Below, in pieces: positions 1-12,336 of a stretch of DNA of 64,000 nt. Within the stretch, counting starts at the first letter, position 1. Each line of letters opens with the position of its first letter. The position numbers and the translations under genes are program-made. The notes beneath the pieces were generated by a model. That model had not been told where the DNA came from. It was given only the letters and a program-made list of their open reading frames with translations, and did no database searches. This DNA is from Octopus bimaculoides (lineage: Eukaryota), in NCBI RefSeq assembly GCF_001194135.2, contig NC_068982.1:168767307-168831306 (forward strand). Reading direction: 5' to 3'.

Positions 1-143
1 TTTTTATTTCTTCATGGCCAGCTAGTTTTCTTGATGCTTCCACGACTAAAGTTGGCTTCTTCCGAATACAATCTTCTCATAAATCCAACAATAAAAAAAA
101 AAATAACTTCTCTGCAAATAGCAACTTTGAATGGACTGTAAAT

Positions 144-1720
144 GTGGTCGTCATCGTTGCAGCCATTGTTGTTGCTGCTGCTGCCACCTGCTATGGTGAT
201 AGTGGTGGTGGTGGTGATGTTACTGATGGCTGTAGTAGAGGTTATAGTGGTAATACTCTAGGTGATGGCGATGGTTGTGCCAGTAGTGGCGGCGGTGGCA
301 GCAGCAATACCGGNNNNNNNNNNNNNNNNNNNNNNNNNNNNNNNNNNNNNNNNNNNNNNNNNNNNNNNNNNNNNNNNNNNNNNNNNNNNNNNNNNNNNNN
401 NNNNNNNNNNNNNNNNNNNNNNNNNNNNNNNNNNNNNNNNNNNNNNNNGTGGTGGTGGCGGCGGCGGCGGTGGTGGTGGTGGTGGTGGTAGATTTGGTTC
501 TGATGGTGACGGTGTTGGCTGTAGCTGTTATTACAAAGTACAAAGATGGTGATTTGCTGCAGTGGTGGTGGTGGTGGTGGTGGTGGTGATGTTACTGATG
601 GCTGTAGTAGAGGTTATAGTGGTAATACTCTAGGTGATGGCGATGGTTGTGCCAGTAGTGGCGGCGGTGGCAGCAGCAATACCGGTACCGGTACTTAACT
701 AATAAAGGTGGTATTGGTGATGTTGACGGTTGCTCTACAGGAGACGATGGCGATTCTACCATCACTACGGATGCTACTACCATTATTCTTGTTCTTGTTA
801 TTACTGCCACTCTTGCACTAAACGTTAGCATCGCTCTTACTCTTTTTATACTTTATATTATAGTTCATTTTTTGATTTTTATTTTAGGTTATTTTTCGTT
901 CCCCGTTACTCTATCTTGCCAATTTTACTGCTGCTGCTGCTGCTGTGGTTGTTGTTGTTGTTGTTGTTGTTGTTACCGCTTAACATTTTCGGTTGCCGTC
1001 GTTATCGTGATGGAGGTTTATTTTCTTGTTTTTCCCATTTTTGTTGCTCGTGTTGTTGTTGTTGCCGTCGTGTTTTGCTATTATTATTTATTCTTGTTTG
1101 TGTGTGTTTATTATTTTTTTTCTAGTATGATATTGATGTGACTCTAGCTTTTGTTGCTATTATTTTGTTATTGTTGAAGTTTGTGTTGTTGATGGCGACG
1201 GCGGCGGTACTGTTGTTGTTGTTGTTGTTGTTGTGATGGTGGTAGAGGAGGAAGAGGAGGCGGAGGNNNNNNNNNNNNNNNNNNNNNNNNNNNNNNNNNN
1301 NNNNNNNNNNNNNNNNNNNNNNNNNNNNNNNNNNNNNNNNNNNNNNNNNNNNNNNNNNNNNNNNNNNNNNNNNNNNNNNNNNNNNNNNNNNNNNNNNNNN
1401 NNNNNNNNNNNNNNNNNNNNNNNNNNNNNNNNNNNNNNNNNNNNNNNNNNNNNNNNNNNNNNNNNNNNNNNNNNNNNNNNNNNNNNNNNNNNNNNNNNNN
1501 NNNNNNNNNNNNNNNNNNNNNNNNNNNNNNNNNNNNNNNNNNNTGGTGGTGGTGGTGGAGGCGGCTGCGGTGGAGGCGGCTGCGGTGGAGGCGGCTGCGG
1601 TGGAGGCGGCAGTGGCGGTGGTGACAGTGTTGAAGGTTATTGAAATGGTGGTGGTGGTGGTGGTAGTGGTGGTGAGGAAGTGGTAGCGATGATAATGAAG
1701 AGGAGACGGCGATGGCGAAA
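144..1720. repeat. Low-complexity (GGT)n/(TTG)n/(CTG)n trinucleotide region interrupted by gaps
   Basis: Visible runs of GGT, GGC, TTG and CTG; the poly-G/C/L/V ORFs here are translations of these runs. Confidence 0.9.
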
Positions 1721-2457
1721 CATAGGTGAAGACGCTGGTGATGGAAATAATGATGTTGTTATTGCTACAATTGTGTTTCTTTATTGTTGTGGTTGTTCTT
1801 GATGATCTTCATAAATACAATAACTGTTTTCTTTTGTTGACTTTTTTTTTTTTTACTTTTCTTCTTTTCGAGTATTTTATTTCATTCTATTTTATTTTTA
1901 CTTTCTTTTGAATTGTATTCGGCCACTGATATTATTTAATCGATACCAAGAATAAAGGATGTTTCCAAGATAGAAGAATATTCCTTGAATATTTGGTTAT
2001 AATCTAAGATAAACAAACCAAAAAAAAAAACCCAAAAAAATATCAATGCCACAAATAAAATCACAAGAAGAAAAAAAAAGTGGATTAAAAAATATAAATG
2101 CGGAAAGCGAAAGTAAAAGTCCTGCCTCCCGGCTATTCTAACGCGACGAACATATATTAATGAAGGTTTGTGGTTGATTTGTTCATCTTGTTATCCTCAT
2201 CATCTTACCATTATATATCACCATTAGCATCGCCTTCATCACCACTGTCTTTACCAGCAGCATCACCATTGTTGTGATCATCACCATTATCGTAATATTC
2301 ATTGCGATCGTCCTCGTGGCCGTCATCATGTCGGACACCAGAAGCAACAGTAGCGGCAATAATTCTACTTGCTGCAAGTCGGGTTCAGTTTTAGTAATAT
2401 AATCCAATATATTAGTTCTAGGTCTGAATACTTTTTGGACGGTACTTGTACGTGTTG

Positions 2458-2534
<77 letters not shown>

Positions 2535-3487
2535 NNNNNNNNNNNNNNNNNNNNNNNNNNNNNNNNNNNNNNNNNNNNNNNNNNNNNNNNNNNNNNNNNN
2601 NNNNNNNNNNNNNNNNNNNNNNNNNNNNNNNNNNNNNNNNNNNNNNNNNNNNNNNNNNNNNNNNNNNNNNNNNNNNNNNNNNNNNNNNNNNNNNNNNNNN
2701 NNNNNNNNNNNNNNNNNNNNNNNNNNNNNNNNNNNNNNNNNNNNNNNNNNNNNNNNNNNNNNNNNNNNNNNNNNNNNNNNNNNNNNNNNNNNNNNNNNNN
2801 NNNNNNNNNNNNNNNNNNNNNNNNNNNNNNNNNNNNNNNNNNNNNNNNNNNNNNNNNNNNNNNNNNNNNNNNNNNNNNNNNNNNNNNNNNNNNNNNNNNN
2901 NNNNNNNNNNNNNNNNNNNNNNNNNNNNNNNNNNNNNNNNNNNNNNNNNNNNNNNNNNNNNNNNNNNNNNNNNNNNNNNNNNNNNNNNNNNNNNNNNNNN
3001 NNNNNNNNNNNNNNNNNNNNNNNNNNNNNNNNNNNNNNNNNNNNNNNNNNNNNNNNNNNNNNNNNNNNNNNNNNNNNNNNNNNNNNNNNNNNNNNNNNNN
3101 NNNNNNNNNNNNNNNNNNNNNNNNNNNNNNNNNNNNNNNNNNNNNNNNNNNNNNNNNNNNNNNNNNNNNNNNNNNNNNNNNNNNNNNNNNNNNNNNNNNN
3201 NNNNNNNNNNNNNNNNNNNNNNNNNNNNNNNNNNNNNNNNNNNNNNNNNNNNNNNNNNNNNNNNNNNNNNNNNNNNNNNNNNNNNNNNNNNNNNNNNNNN
3301 NNNNNNNNNNNNNNNNNNNNNNNNNNNNNNNNNNNNNNNNNNNNNNNNNNNNNNNNNNNNNNNNNNNNNNNNNNNNNNNNNNNNNNNNNNNNNNNNNNNN
3401 NNNNNNNNNNNNNNNNNNNNNNNNNNNNNNNNNNNNNNNNNNNNNNNNNNNNNNNNNNNNNNNNNNNNNNNNNNNNNNNNNNNNNNN

Positions 3488-3931
3488 CATTTTGTAGCTT
3501 CTAAGCATCTGGCATAGAGTCACCACCACCATCTCAAATATCCATAAGCATTTAGTCGAGGAGGCCTTTTCCTTTCGTTGTTCGACACCGACCTGCAGCT
3601 CGCCGGATCCTCTCAAATTCTCCCACCCTTGCCAGCATGGAAAACAGACGTTAAATGAGGATGATAACGATGATAAGGATGCTGACACACACACATATGT
3701 ATTTAATAATTCTTCTCTATCATTTTGTAGCTTCTAAGCATCTGGCATAGAGTCACCACCACCATCTCAAATATCCATAAGCATTTAGTCGAGGAGGCCT
3801 TTTCCTTTCGTTGTTCGACACCGACCTGCAGCTCGCCGGATCCTCTCAAATTCTCCCACCCTTGCCAGCATGGAAAACAGACGTTAAATGAGGATGATAA
3901 CGATGATAAGGATGCTGACACACACACATAT
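3488..3931 (+). mobile_element. Retroposon (SINE/LINE-type) 3' end with GAT-rich tail, present twice in tandem
   Basis: ...ccttgccagcatggaaaacagacgttaaatgaggatgataacgatgat ends in a GAT-type tail. Identical ~210-bp copies at 3488-3697 and 3721-3931, directly after a gap. Confidence 0.55.
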
Positions 3932-4239
3932 ACATGGAGACCGTAAGGAAAGCGGTGTTCTTTTACAGTTGTCCTTCACCATACCCAACGTTGCGCCATG
4001 ATAACAGCTTCTAATACGTGCAAACTTGCGAGATACAGCGGGTGATCTCAGTGGTGCCGTGAAGCTGATACCACTCGCAAGTAAACACACCGTGGAATCT
4101 GTTCTGTGGAAACCCACGGCGTTGGGAATGGTCTCAAAGATGGGAAGAATACGGAAAACCCCACCACTTTGAATGGACCCAAGCTTACTACCCAGGATTG
4201 TGCTAATTAGATTGCTCCCCCACACAGACACACACCCAT

Positions 4240-4660
4240 ATCTGATATGGATGACATAATGTTTAGACATGAGTTGTAACAACACGGCTCCTGCAGAATG
4301 TCCTGTGGTAGGATACTGTTTTTCATGTCAGAGTTGTGTATAAATGCGTAGTGGAAACTTATAATAATGGCAACTGTAAACCTCGTAAAACAGCGCATCT
4401 CTGTGCATAAGCATTCTTTTTTCCAACTCGAAGGTTAAGTTCTCTATTTCTTAGCAGAATACGCCCATAATCTATCCATGAGTAAAGTCAATCATGGTTT
4501 GAAATGGTCGGGGTGGGGGAAGATCGCTCAACCTTCCCGGCGAAGGACATTCCTGCTACTTTGTATCAAAGAGAGATTGGAAATTGTATTAGCCAGCTCT
4601 AACCACTTACTTGATAAACGGGGAAAAATGTATAATTGTTTTACGTTCGTAGGAAAATTT
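4240..4660 (+). mobile_element. Decayed Penelope-like element, GIY-YIG endonuclease/C-terminal fragment
   Basis: Frameshifted translation gives SCNNTAPAECPVVGYCF..VYKCVVETYNN and AEYAHNLSMSKVNHGLKW..LLCIKERLEIVLASSNHLLDKRGKMYNC. This matches the PLE pattern CxxxxxCPxxGxC..VYK..LSxxIWxLK..CxLCxxEK..LLNKR. Confidence 0.6.
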
Positions 4661-5128
4661 AGACCTAGAATACACTCGGCAGAGTGTAGGCTAGCAGCAA
4701 CTATGATGGAATAAGCCAGACTTCGGGTTTTATTGAATGTTCTTCGTTGGTATCTCTGCCAGTAGGCTCACATATTGTTGCACAAGCATAATGCTGTCAG
4801 GTATCCTGCATCCTACATCGGAATGCCCACTTTTGCACCTTTACCGTCCAATCCACCAGTAAACGTTCCCGCGCTTTGTTACATCTATACCGGAGAAATC
4901 TGGAGTCTAAAAGACTATCTACTCTTTTTATTTGGATTTCTTGACATTCACCGCAAGTTTGTTTACAGTGGGTAAAAGCGAAGATTCTTTCAATAAATCA
5001 AGAATTTATCTTCTTTGGTATTTAAAATACCTTTATTCGTGTTTGTTGTCAAAATTCTTGCTAGTCGCAACTTTAAGTTATTTCTCTTCACTCTTGTTGT
5101 GTGTGTGTGTGTGTGTGTGAGAGTGTGT

Positions 5129-5191
<63 letters not shown>

Positions 5192-5224
5192 TGTGTGTGT
5201 GTGGGTGTGTGTGAGTATGTGAAG

Positions 5225-5370
5225 ACACGCGGTGTAGTGGTTGGCGTATTGGACTCACAATCATAATGCTGTCTGTTCGATTCTTGAGTCGGGCGTTATA
5301 TCCTTGGGCAAGATACATTATGTCATGTTACTCCTGTACTCAGGTGAAAATGATCTGTGTTGGAGCATAT
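5225..5370 (+). mobile_element. Degenerate tRNA-derived SINE (5' part)
   Basis: A-box-like ggtgtagtggttgg, B-box-like gttcgattc, then ccttgggcaagatac; similar to the better copy at 49411. Confidence 0.6.
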
Positions 5371-5395
5371 CTCTCTCTCTCTCTCCCTATCCCTC

Positions 5396-5430
<35 letters not shown>

Positions 5431-5637
5431 CTCCCAGTGTTACAGTGTCACATCCATAATGCTCTGCTGGGTCAATAGCGGCGATCCCGAACGTATTTCA
5501 ATGTTAATAGCTGCATAACACTCGAAATAATTGGCGAGTGGGGTACAATCTCCTGAGTCATACTCTGATACGAATAGCGTCGATTCTTTTTCTGTGTGTA
5601 TGCGTGTGTATGCGTGTGTCTGTGTGTGTACGAGAGG

Positions 5638-5679
<42 letters not shown>

Positions 5680-5843
5680 GAGTTTTTGTGTGATCGCGCT
5701 AGTTTCTGTGTGAGTGTGTGTATTTGTGTGCGTGTATGTATTTGCGTGCGTGCGTATGTGTGTGTGTGTGTATATGTATGCATATATAAACGAATGGTTT
5801 AATCCTCCCATGTTGTATTTTGGGCAAATGCTATTTTCTGTAG

Positions 5844-5864
5844 CCTCAAGTCGACGTATAGCAT
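5844..5864 (+). CDS. Candidate 21-nt micro-exon (xSSRRIAx), unknown gene
   Basis: Acceptor tattttctgtag| and donor |gtgagt; length divisible by 3; open in phase 1. No homology recognised. Confidence 0.12.
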
Positions 5865-6139
5865 GTGAGTGAAACTAAGTAGACTAAAACCGCGCATGAG
5901 CCTGTGGATACAACATACTCGTAATTCAAAATGCTGTCACACATTTTTTACGCGTTAAAAGTACACGTGCCTTAAAACTGCACATGGCTGTGGAACGCCC
6001 ATCCACTTAGAGAATAATTCAATGAGCAGAGATAATTTTGGGAAGTTGAGACTGCACAAAGAGTCTCTTATGAAATGAGAGTTTCCAGGGAAGGCAATTT
6101 TCAAAGTTTGCGAATATTCGGATTAATGATTTATTGACG

Positions 6140-6186
<47 letters not shown>

Positions 6187-6527
6187 CGTGTGTGCGTGTG
6201 TGTATGTATGTATGTATATGTGTATGTGTATATATANNNNNNNNNNNNNNNNNNNNNNNNNNNNNNNNNNNNNNNNNNNNNNNNNNNNNNNNNNNNNNNN
6301 NNNNNNNNNNNNNNNNNNNNNNNNNNNNNNNNNNNNNNNNNNNNNNNNNNNNNNNNNNNNNNNNNNNNNNNNNNNNNNNNNNNNNNNNNNNNNNNNNNNN
6401 NNNNNNNNNNNNNNNNNNNNNNNNNNNNNNATATACATAAATACATACATATATACATAGTTTACAAACAAAGACGTACGCAATAAAGGAATAGATTCAA
6501 TCTTTCGGTGTTATTTCGTCTCTTCAG

Positions 6528-6620
6528 TGAAAGATACTGCTTCGGTCATTTGGAGATTGAAGTGGTTTTATACACAAAGTCTTGAAGACAGAAATTTCTT
6601 CTCCGCAACAAATTCTCGTG
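6528..6620 (+). CDS. Candidate 93-nt phase-1/1 exon (KDTASVIWRLKWFYTQSLEDRNFFSATNSR), unknown gene
   Basis: Strong pyrimidine-rich acceptor tctttcggtgttatttcgtctcttcag|, donor G|gtgaat, open only in phase 1. No homology recognised. Confidence 0.2.
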
Positions 6621-6782
6621 GTGAATTTCATTTCCGTTATTGTGTGCAGGAGAGTGTTAAAAATAAAATATTTATATAATTATTTTGATCTTCACTATAT
6701 TGTGTGCTTGTACTAAACTAATGCGAAATTGACAAGCCTCTCTGTACATCTGTAAAAGTTTTGTCTGTTGTTTTATATTTAG

Positions 6783-6809
6783 GAAGACAAGTTTCCTGTC
6801 TCGCTCCAG
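6783..6809 (+). CDS. Candidate 27-nt phase-1/1 exon (GRQVSCLAP), unknown gene
   Basis: Acceptor tgttgttttatatttag| and donor CAG|gtacca; frame-compatible with 6528-6620 across a 162-nt intron. Confidence 0.17.
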
Positions 6810-7901
6810 GTACCAGAAGCGGTAACTATTGCTGAAGATGTGAAACACTGGTTGTCCACTGATGTCGTTTGGAATTTAATGTCTTTAAGCATGAAATGTA
6901 TTGAGAGAGATTTGTTGTCCTACACTGACAAGCGTAGCGAATGTTATACACGTTCTTGCCTATTATTTGCTATGCGTGTGTATATAAATATACATACATA
7001 TACAAATATACAATCATACATAAATATAAACATATGTATAGAGTTTTGGTTTCGTTAGTGTGTGTAATATTATTCAAAGCTGGGTCTGTGGGTATCGCAC
7101 AAAGAGTTTTTTTTTTTATTATTCCACACCACTAAATGTATTGAATGCTTTTTCTCCTAAATATTTGCGATTCGCAGAACGTCAAGCCATATATGTCAGT
7201 GTATGTCTGTATAAGTCAATATATATTTTGTGTGCGGCCATATTACAACACACATGCACACACAGACGCACACACACGCATACACACAAACGCACACACA
7301 CAAATATATATATATATATACATACACAAGCACACACATATATAAATATACATATACATATATATACACATACGTATTTATATATATATATACATATATA
7401 TATACACGCACACACACATATATATATATATATACAAATATATAAACATACACGCAACACATACACACACATATATATGAAAATTTACNNNNNNNNNNNN
7501 NNNNNNNNNNNNNNNNNNNNNNNNNNNNNNNNNNNNNNNNNNNNNNNNNNNNNNNNNNNNNNNNNNNNNNNNNNNNNNNNNNNNNNNNNNNNNNNNNNNN
7601 NNNNNNNNATATGTATATATATATATAAATCTGTGTGTGATGAGAATGTAAATGTTTACTTGGCTGTATGTTTGTGTGTATTTGCATGCATATATATTTC
7701 TAAATATATATTAGACAACTTTGCGTTTCTAAGATATTCATGAATAATTCACAAGTTATTTTCCCTTGAAATACCCTATGTTTTTGCACCACCACACGTC
7801 AAATTACAGAGTATGAAAATCTCTTTCGTTTACATAATTTATATCTACACACATACATTACATACATATACATATATCTATATGCATACATACATACATG
7901 C

Positions 7902-7932
<31 letters not shown>

Positions 7933-10116
7933 CACACACATATATGCACACACACGCATACACACACATGCACATTCACAAATATTTGCGTATATATATT
8001 ATATGCAAGTATCCATATGTAATATATATATACATAAATACATACATAGGCTTGTGTATGTATATATATGTGAGTGCTTATGCTTGTGTCTATAAACACG
8101 GATACATAGAAAAGTGAGTTGTGTGTGTGTGTGTGTGTTAGCTGTTAGCTCTTTTGTTGTTTATGTATGATTTTCACCTTTTATCCTCAATAAATATAGT
8201 ACTTCTTAAGTCGTCACGAAGCACGAATCTCTTTTTTTAAAGCATATCGTGGGAAGCTATTTAGAAGCTGATCTCCTAACGCTATAAATATTCCCAGAAG
8301 TAAACCTCCCTGTGTATAGAAAAAATAGATAAGAAAAGCAAGCAATGCCGAAAAAGAAGCGATAATCCCCCATCCAACCATCTTAACCTCCGACTTTCGA
8401 TCGTAGTTTTCGACTAGTTTTCACTTCAATTAAGTTGCTCATGCTTTTGAAGAACACAAGCCTGCAGTCTAATTTTATTTCCTTGTTTACACTTCCTGCA
8501 TGCATTTCTTGCTTTCTACATGCGTAAGGCCGTAAAGCTATCAATCTTCTGGTGAATAGCGATCCGTAAAATACGTTATTTGCTCGTAGTGAGCAATATT
8601 TTCAGAACAGTTTCGAATCAAATTTGAAGTATTTCACACCATTTATATCCGGTGGAAAAGCTACCCAATTTCTAATTCTTTTTGTTTCTTCTTTCCTTAA
8701 ATTTTTAATTTGTACATTTGAACACCCGTTGTTCGTTCAGAGTGCAACTCTTTGTGCGTTCTTGTGAGATAAATTATGTGAGCCTAGAAAAATCCTCTGA
8801 AATGCTACAAAAGGATAAATCAATGAGAAAACTTTTCCCTTGAAATAACCTATGTTTTTGCACCTCCTCACGTCAAATTACAGAGTATGAAAGCCGATAC
8901 AGCTTAGCGCCTGTATCGGTGCCTTAGAACGCAAAGACCCATAACATACCTCCAGGAATCTAACCAATGACTTTATCAATTCCTCTAAGCTACCCCTAGC
9001 ATGGTTCTTTCCTCGGTCACTCAAATATTTTATTTTATAAAATTGTTACTAACCATCTTCGTAGTGTTGAATTTATGCTCATGATGGACTATTTCTCGAC
9101 GTTATTTTGGTTCTCAGGTTGGCGCCTTATTCATTTCATTTACTTTAGAGACGCTCTTCCTAACACAATGAGTAAAAATATATTTATCTCACTTCCTTAA
9201 AAAATGTTGTCTTCTTGTGCTTACGCAAAAAGAATTACGACAGTTTTAATCTTTTTAGGATAAGGTGGTAATACACAGAACAATACTTAAGACTAAATAC
9301 CTTCCATGAATATTTTCGTCCATTAAAGTGGTTCCTAAAGAAGATGGCACCTGTATACAGACAGCGGTGTCGGAAATCTTCAAAAGACGTTGTAAATATT
9401 CATAAGGAGCCATGGTTTTTTTTTGCTATTTCATTGGACATTTCCAAATTTATTTTCTTTCTAAACTATTGTCTTCTTTATAGTACTATAGAGTAGATCG
9501 CTATTGTTCTGGATTTGCTCCATGTCTTCCTTGATGTTGTAAACCTATCACCAAAGGCATTCCAATCATGAGCATCCATCCTGTTTCCTATGTACAGGGA
9601 CTTCCGGACCACATTGTTATGTGGGTGTGATGTAATGTGAATTTGGCTTCTATTTATCGTAAGTAGATCAAATACGTAGAAATCCTCTGGTTAGCTTATC
9701 GAATAAGTAGTTGAGCTAAAGATGAGGTGAATCGATCGAAAACACCTGAGAATCACATCTCAGTATTATTAATTCAAATACTGACATCATCGTTAACCTT
9801 GGATACTTTCAATTTTAAGAAAATATAATTTTCAACTATTAATTTCAAAGGGGATATTTCTGACTTTCTTGTGAGTATTTGTGTAATAAATGAAATAGAG
9901 AGGTTCCAAATCGAAATTACAACCAGGCTGTGCTGTTGGATTTTCAAAATCTTACCCTTACATTTGTTGCTTACCACAACTTTGTGAAATATAACCAATA
10001 TTTCTCATGCAGCTTTACCAAAATCACTGAAACACCTGCAAAGCTCTTAGTCTGGTTTTTCGAAAGACATTTGATGTTATATTTAATTATTATTTTTTGC
10101 AGTGATTTAATTACTA

Positions 10117-10545
10117 CAGGGTGTCCCCAAACAAGTATACACACTTTAACAACCGATAACTCACTTGATGTTTTTTCTTTCCAGATGAAACCCATTGGAA
10201 TTAATGATGGCAGTCAGACTAAACTTTGAACAAAGGAAATTCATTCTAAAATGCTACTGGAAGTGTGAAAACGCAGTTGATGTGCAAAGACATTTCAGGA
10301 GGGAGTTTCAAATAGATCCACCAAAGCGACTTACCATCACTCGAATTAAAGATAAGATTGAAGCTGAGAATGGACATAAATACCAAACGAATTCTTTCGT
10401 GATGTTTGCGATTCCATTACTTCGCGTTGTCTGCAGTGCCTGGACCACAACGGACGTCAGTTTGAAAACAGGCGTTGACAAAACAATAAAATAATGTCCG
10501 TAGACTCTATTAAAGTGTGTGTACATTTCTTTTTGAGACACCCTG
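10117..10545 (+). mobile_element. Internally deleted Tc1/mariner-superfamily element (maT/DD37D-like), 429 bp, with TIRs and TA TSD
   Basis: TA|CAGGGTGTCCCCAAACAAGTATACACACTTTAA ... TTAAAGTGTGTGTACATTTCTTTTTGAGACACCCTG|TA. Retains an N-terminal HTH (MAVRLNFEQRKFILKCYWKCENAVDVQRHFRREFQIDPPKRLTITRIKDK) and, in another frame, the C-terminus (RDVCDSITSRCLQCLDHNGRQFE); the DDD catalytic core is deleted. Confidence 0.85.
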
Positions 10546-10560
10546 TATATACAGTGTTAA

Positions 10561-10561
10561 G

Positions 10562-10640
<79 letters not shown>
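10561..10640. repeat. (GAAA)n microsatellite
   Basis: Direct reading. Confidence 0.95.
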
Positions 10641-11391
10641 AAAAGGAGCAATAGATAATTCTGAAAATGCATTAGGTTTTTACTTTTAAAACTTTATTTC
10701 CATTCAAGTTCATTCATTTTAGTGTGTTCTTTTACTCTCGACCTCTTTGCAACCTTCTTGAAAAAAGGGTTACTGTAGACTCTACCTCATTTTATTTCAG
10801 TTGCGTAATATTTAGATTTTATCGCTCCCATTAAAGGAAGTAAATGTAAACCATATCAACTTACAAAATGTAATCATTCATTCACTTCACAATAAAGTCA
10901 AAGCTCTAGAAAATTAAAAGAAACTGAATGAAATTTAGACATTTTATTAAAACTTTTACGGTGCATACATAGTCCGTCATAGTCCAATATACATAACAAA
11001 GTTCAATATGTACAAAACTTACAATATATAACAAAATGAGGTCTAACAGAAAAAAATGCACAAATAAAATAAACTAGGAGTTCGCAAAAAGAGACAATGA
11101 CTCATTTATCGTTGAATTTCACCAAAAGCAATGAAAGATATATATCTGGACATAGATGTTAAATAGAATCCATTCTGAAGTAGAACCTATGTTTCTGGCT
11201 ATAGTCTACAGGGCATACTTGTGATTATTATTTCTTACACAGCGTGAAACGCAAGTTTATTTTGAAGATTCTAAGCCGGATGGTGGAAATGACATAAACT
11301 GTGGAGTCCTGGTCAAAATGCATTATAATATTTAGATTCTATTTACATTATTTACATTTGACGGATATTTGTCATCATCTTGTTTGTTGTT

Positions 11392-11437
11392 AACACAACG
11401 TTTCGGCTGATATACCTTCCAGCCTTCATCAGGTATC
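11392..11437 (-). ncRNA. Type I minimal hammerhead ribozyme motif (family A)
   Basis: Minus strand gatac-CTGATGA-a-ggctg(gaaggtatat)cagcc-GAAA-cgtt-gtgtt: stem I GATAC/GTGTT, 5-bp stem II, palindromic helix III ACGT, GUU cleavage triplet. Confidence 0.75.
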
Positions 11438-11483
11438 TTGGGGAAATTTCGAACCTAGGTTCTCATTCTTAAGGTGTTTTCGA

Positions 11484-11547
<64 letters not shown>

Positions 11548-11560
11548 NNNNNNNNNNNNN

Positions 11561-11758
11561 AAAGCAACCATACTCTGGGATATGCCAATACACACAGAGA
11601 AATTAAGGCCAATAGACCAGATATAGTTGTCAAAGATCATGAAGAAAAAAAATGCTTTCTAATTGATGTATCAATACCAGCAGATGACAACGTTTCTCGA
11701 AAAGAAATGGAAAAACTTTCAAAATACAAAGACCTGGAAATAGAGATAACTACTGAAC

Positions 11759-11790
<32 letters not shown>

Positions 11791-12095
11791 AATGACCTGG
11801 AAATAGAGGAAACTCGAATGTGGAATCTAAAAACAGAAACAATTCCTATTATAGGAGGTGCCTTAGGTATAATAAAAAAAATATTCAGACAAATACATAA
11901 CAAAAACACCAGGACTTACAAATATATATAACATACAGAAAATTGCACTACTGGGCACTGCACACATCCTACACAAAACGCTTTCAATACAGTAACCATA
12001 AGAGCATCACAGCAAACCACAGCACATACCCAAGGCGCACAGAGCTGCGCTCGGTAGTGAAGTGAAAGCACGTTATAAAAATAAAACTACTGAAC
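11561..12095 (+). mobile_element. 3' fragment of an R4/Dong-like non-LTR retrotransposon (restriction-like endonuclease domain, 3' UTR, (TAA)n tail)
   Basis: REIKANRPDIVVKDHEEKKCFLIDVSIPADDNVSRKEMEKLSKYKDLEIEIT..RMWNLKTETIPIIGGALG..QKIALLGTAHILHKTLSIQ* (stop 11993-11995) carries the PD..D..K signature of RLE domains. It is embedded in a TAA microsatellite. Confidence 0.85.
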
Positions 12096-12158
12096 AATAA
12101 TAATAATAACATCGAAAAACACCTAGGAAATGAGAACCCAGGTTCGAAATTTCCCCAA

Positions 12159-12204
12159 GACGCCTGATGAAGGCCGGAGGGTATATCAGCCGAAACGTTG
12201 TGTT
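12159..12204 (+). ncRNA. Type I minimal hammerhead ribozyme motif (family A), one mismatch in stem II
   Basis: gacgc-CTGATGA(12164-12170)-a-ggccg(gagggtatat)cagcc-GAAA(12192-12195)-cgtt-gtgtt; predicted cleavage after 12199. Confidence 0.7.
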
Positions 12205-12336
12205 AAAAACAAAGATGAGGACAAATATTCATCAAATGTAAATCATGTAAATCATGTAAATAATTTACATAATTTCTCATCTCTTAAATATAGAACGGTA
12301 ATATTTAGAGTCATTCCTCTAGTTTTTCTGCTAAAG

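Larger units (their letters stand above)
11337..12298 (+). mobile_element. Non-autonomous HHR-bearing PLE-type retroelement (family A, insertion 1): inverted 5' module plus direct 3' module, 11-bp TSD
   Basis: 11337-11487 is the reverse complement of ~12110-12270. TAATATTTAGA is duplicated at 11326-11336 and 12299-12309. A LINE fragment is nested inside, and a 13-nt gap lies at 11548-11560. Confidence 0.8.

Noticed and set aside
201-685. ~113-bp exact duplication (201-313 and 573-685)
   Set aside because: The first copy ends at an N-gap; most likely a scaffolding or gap-fill artefact.
3488-3931. Identical ~210-bp tandem duplication
   Set aside because: It starts exactly at a gap edge with no divergence, so an assembly artefact is more likely than biology.
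6495-6850. CTGAAGA..GAAA matches at ~6495-6530 (-) and ~6831-6845 (+)
   Set aside because: No plausible stem II and/or no stem I complement; chance matches.
9301-9415. Minus-strand ORF MAPYEYLQRLLKISD.. ending at AG|gtattt
   Set aside because: No recognisable homology or compatible partner exon; may be a decayed LINE.
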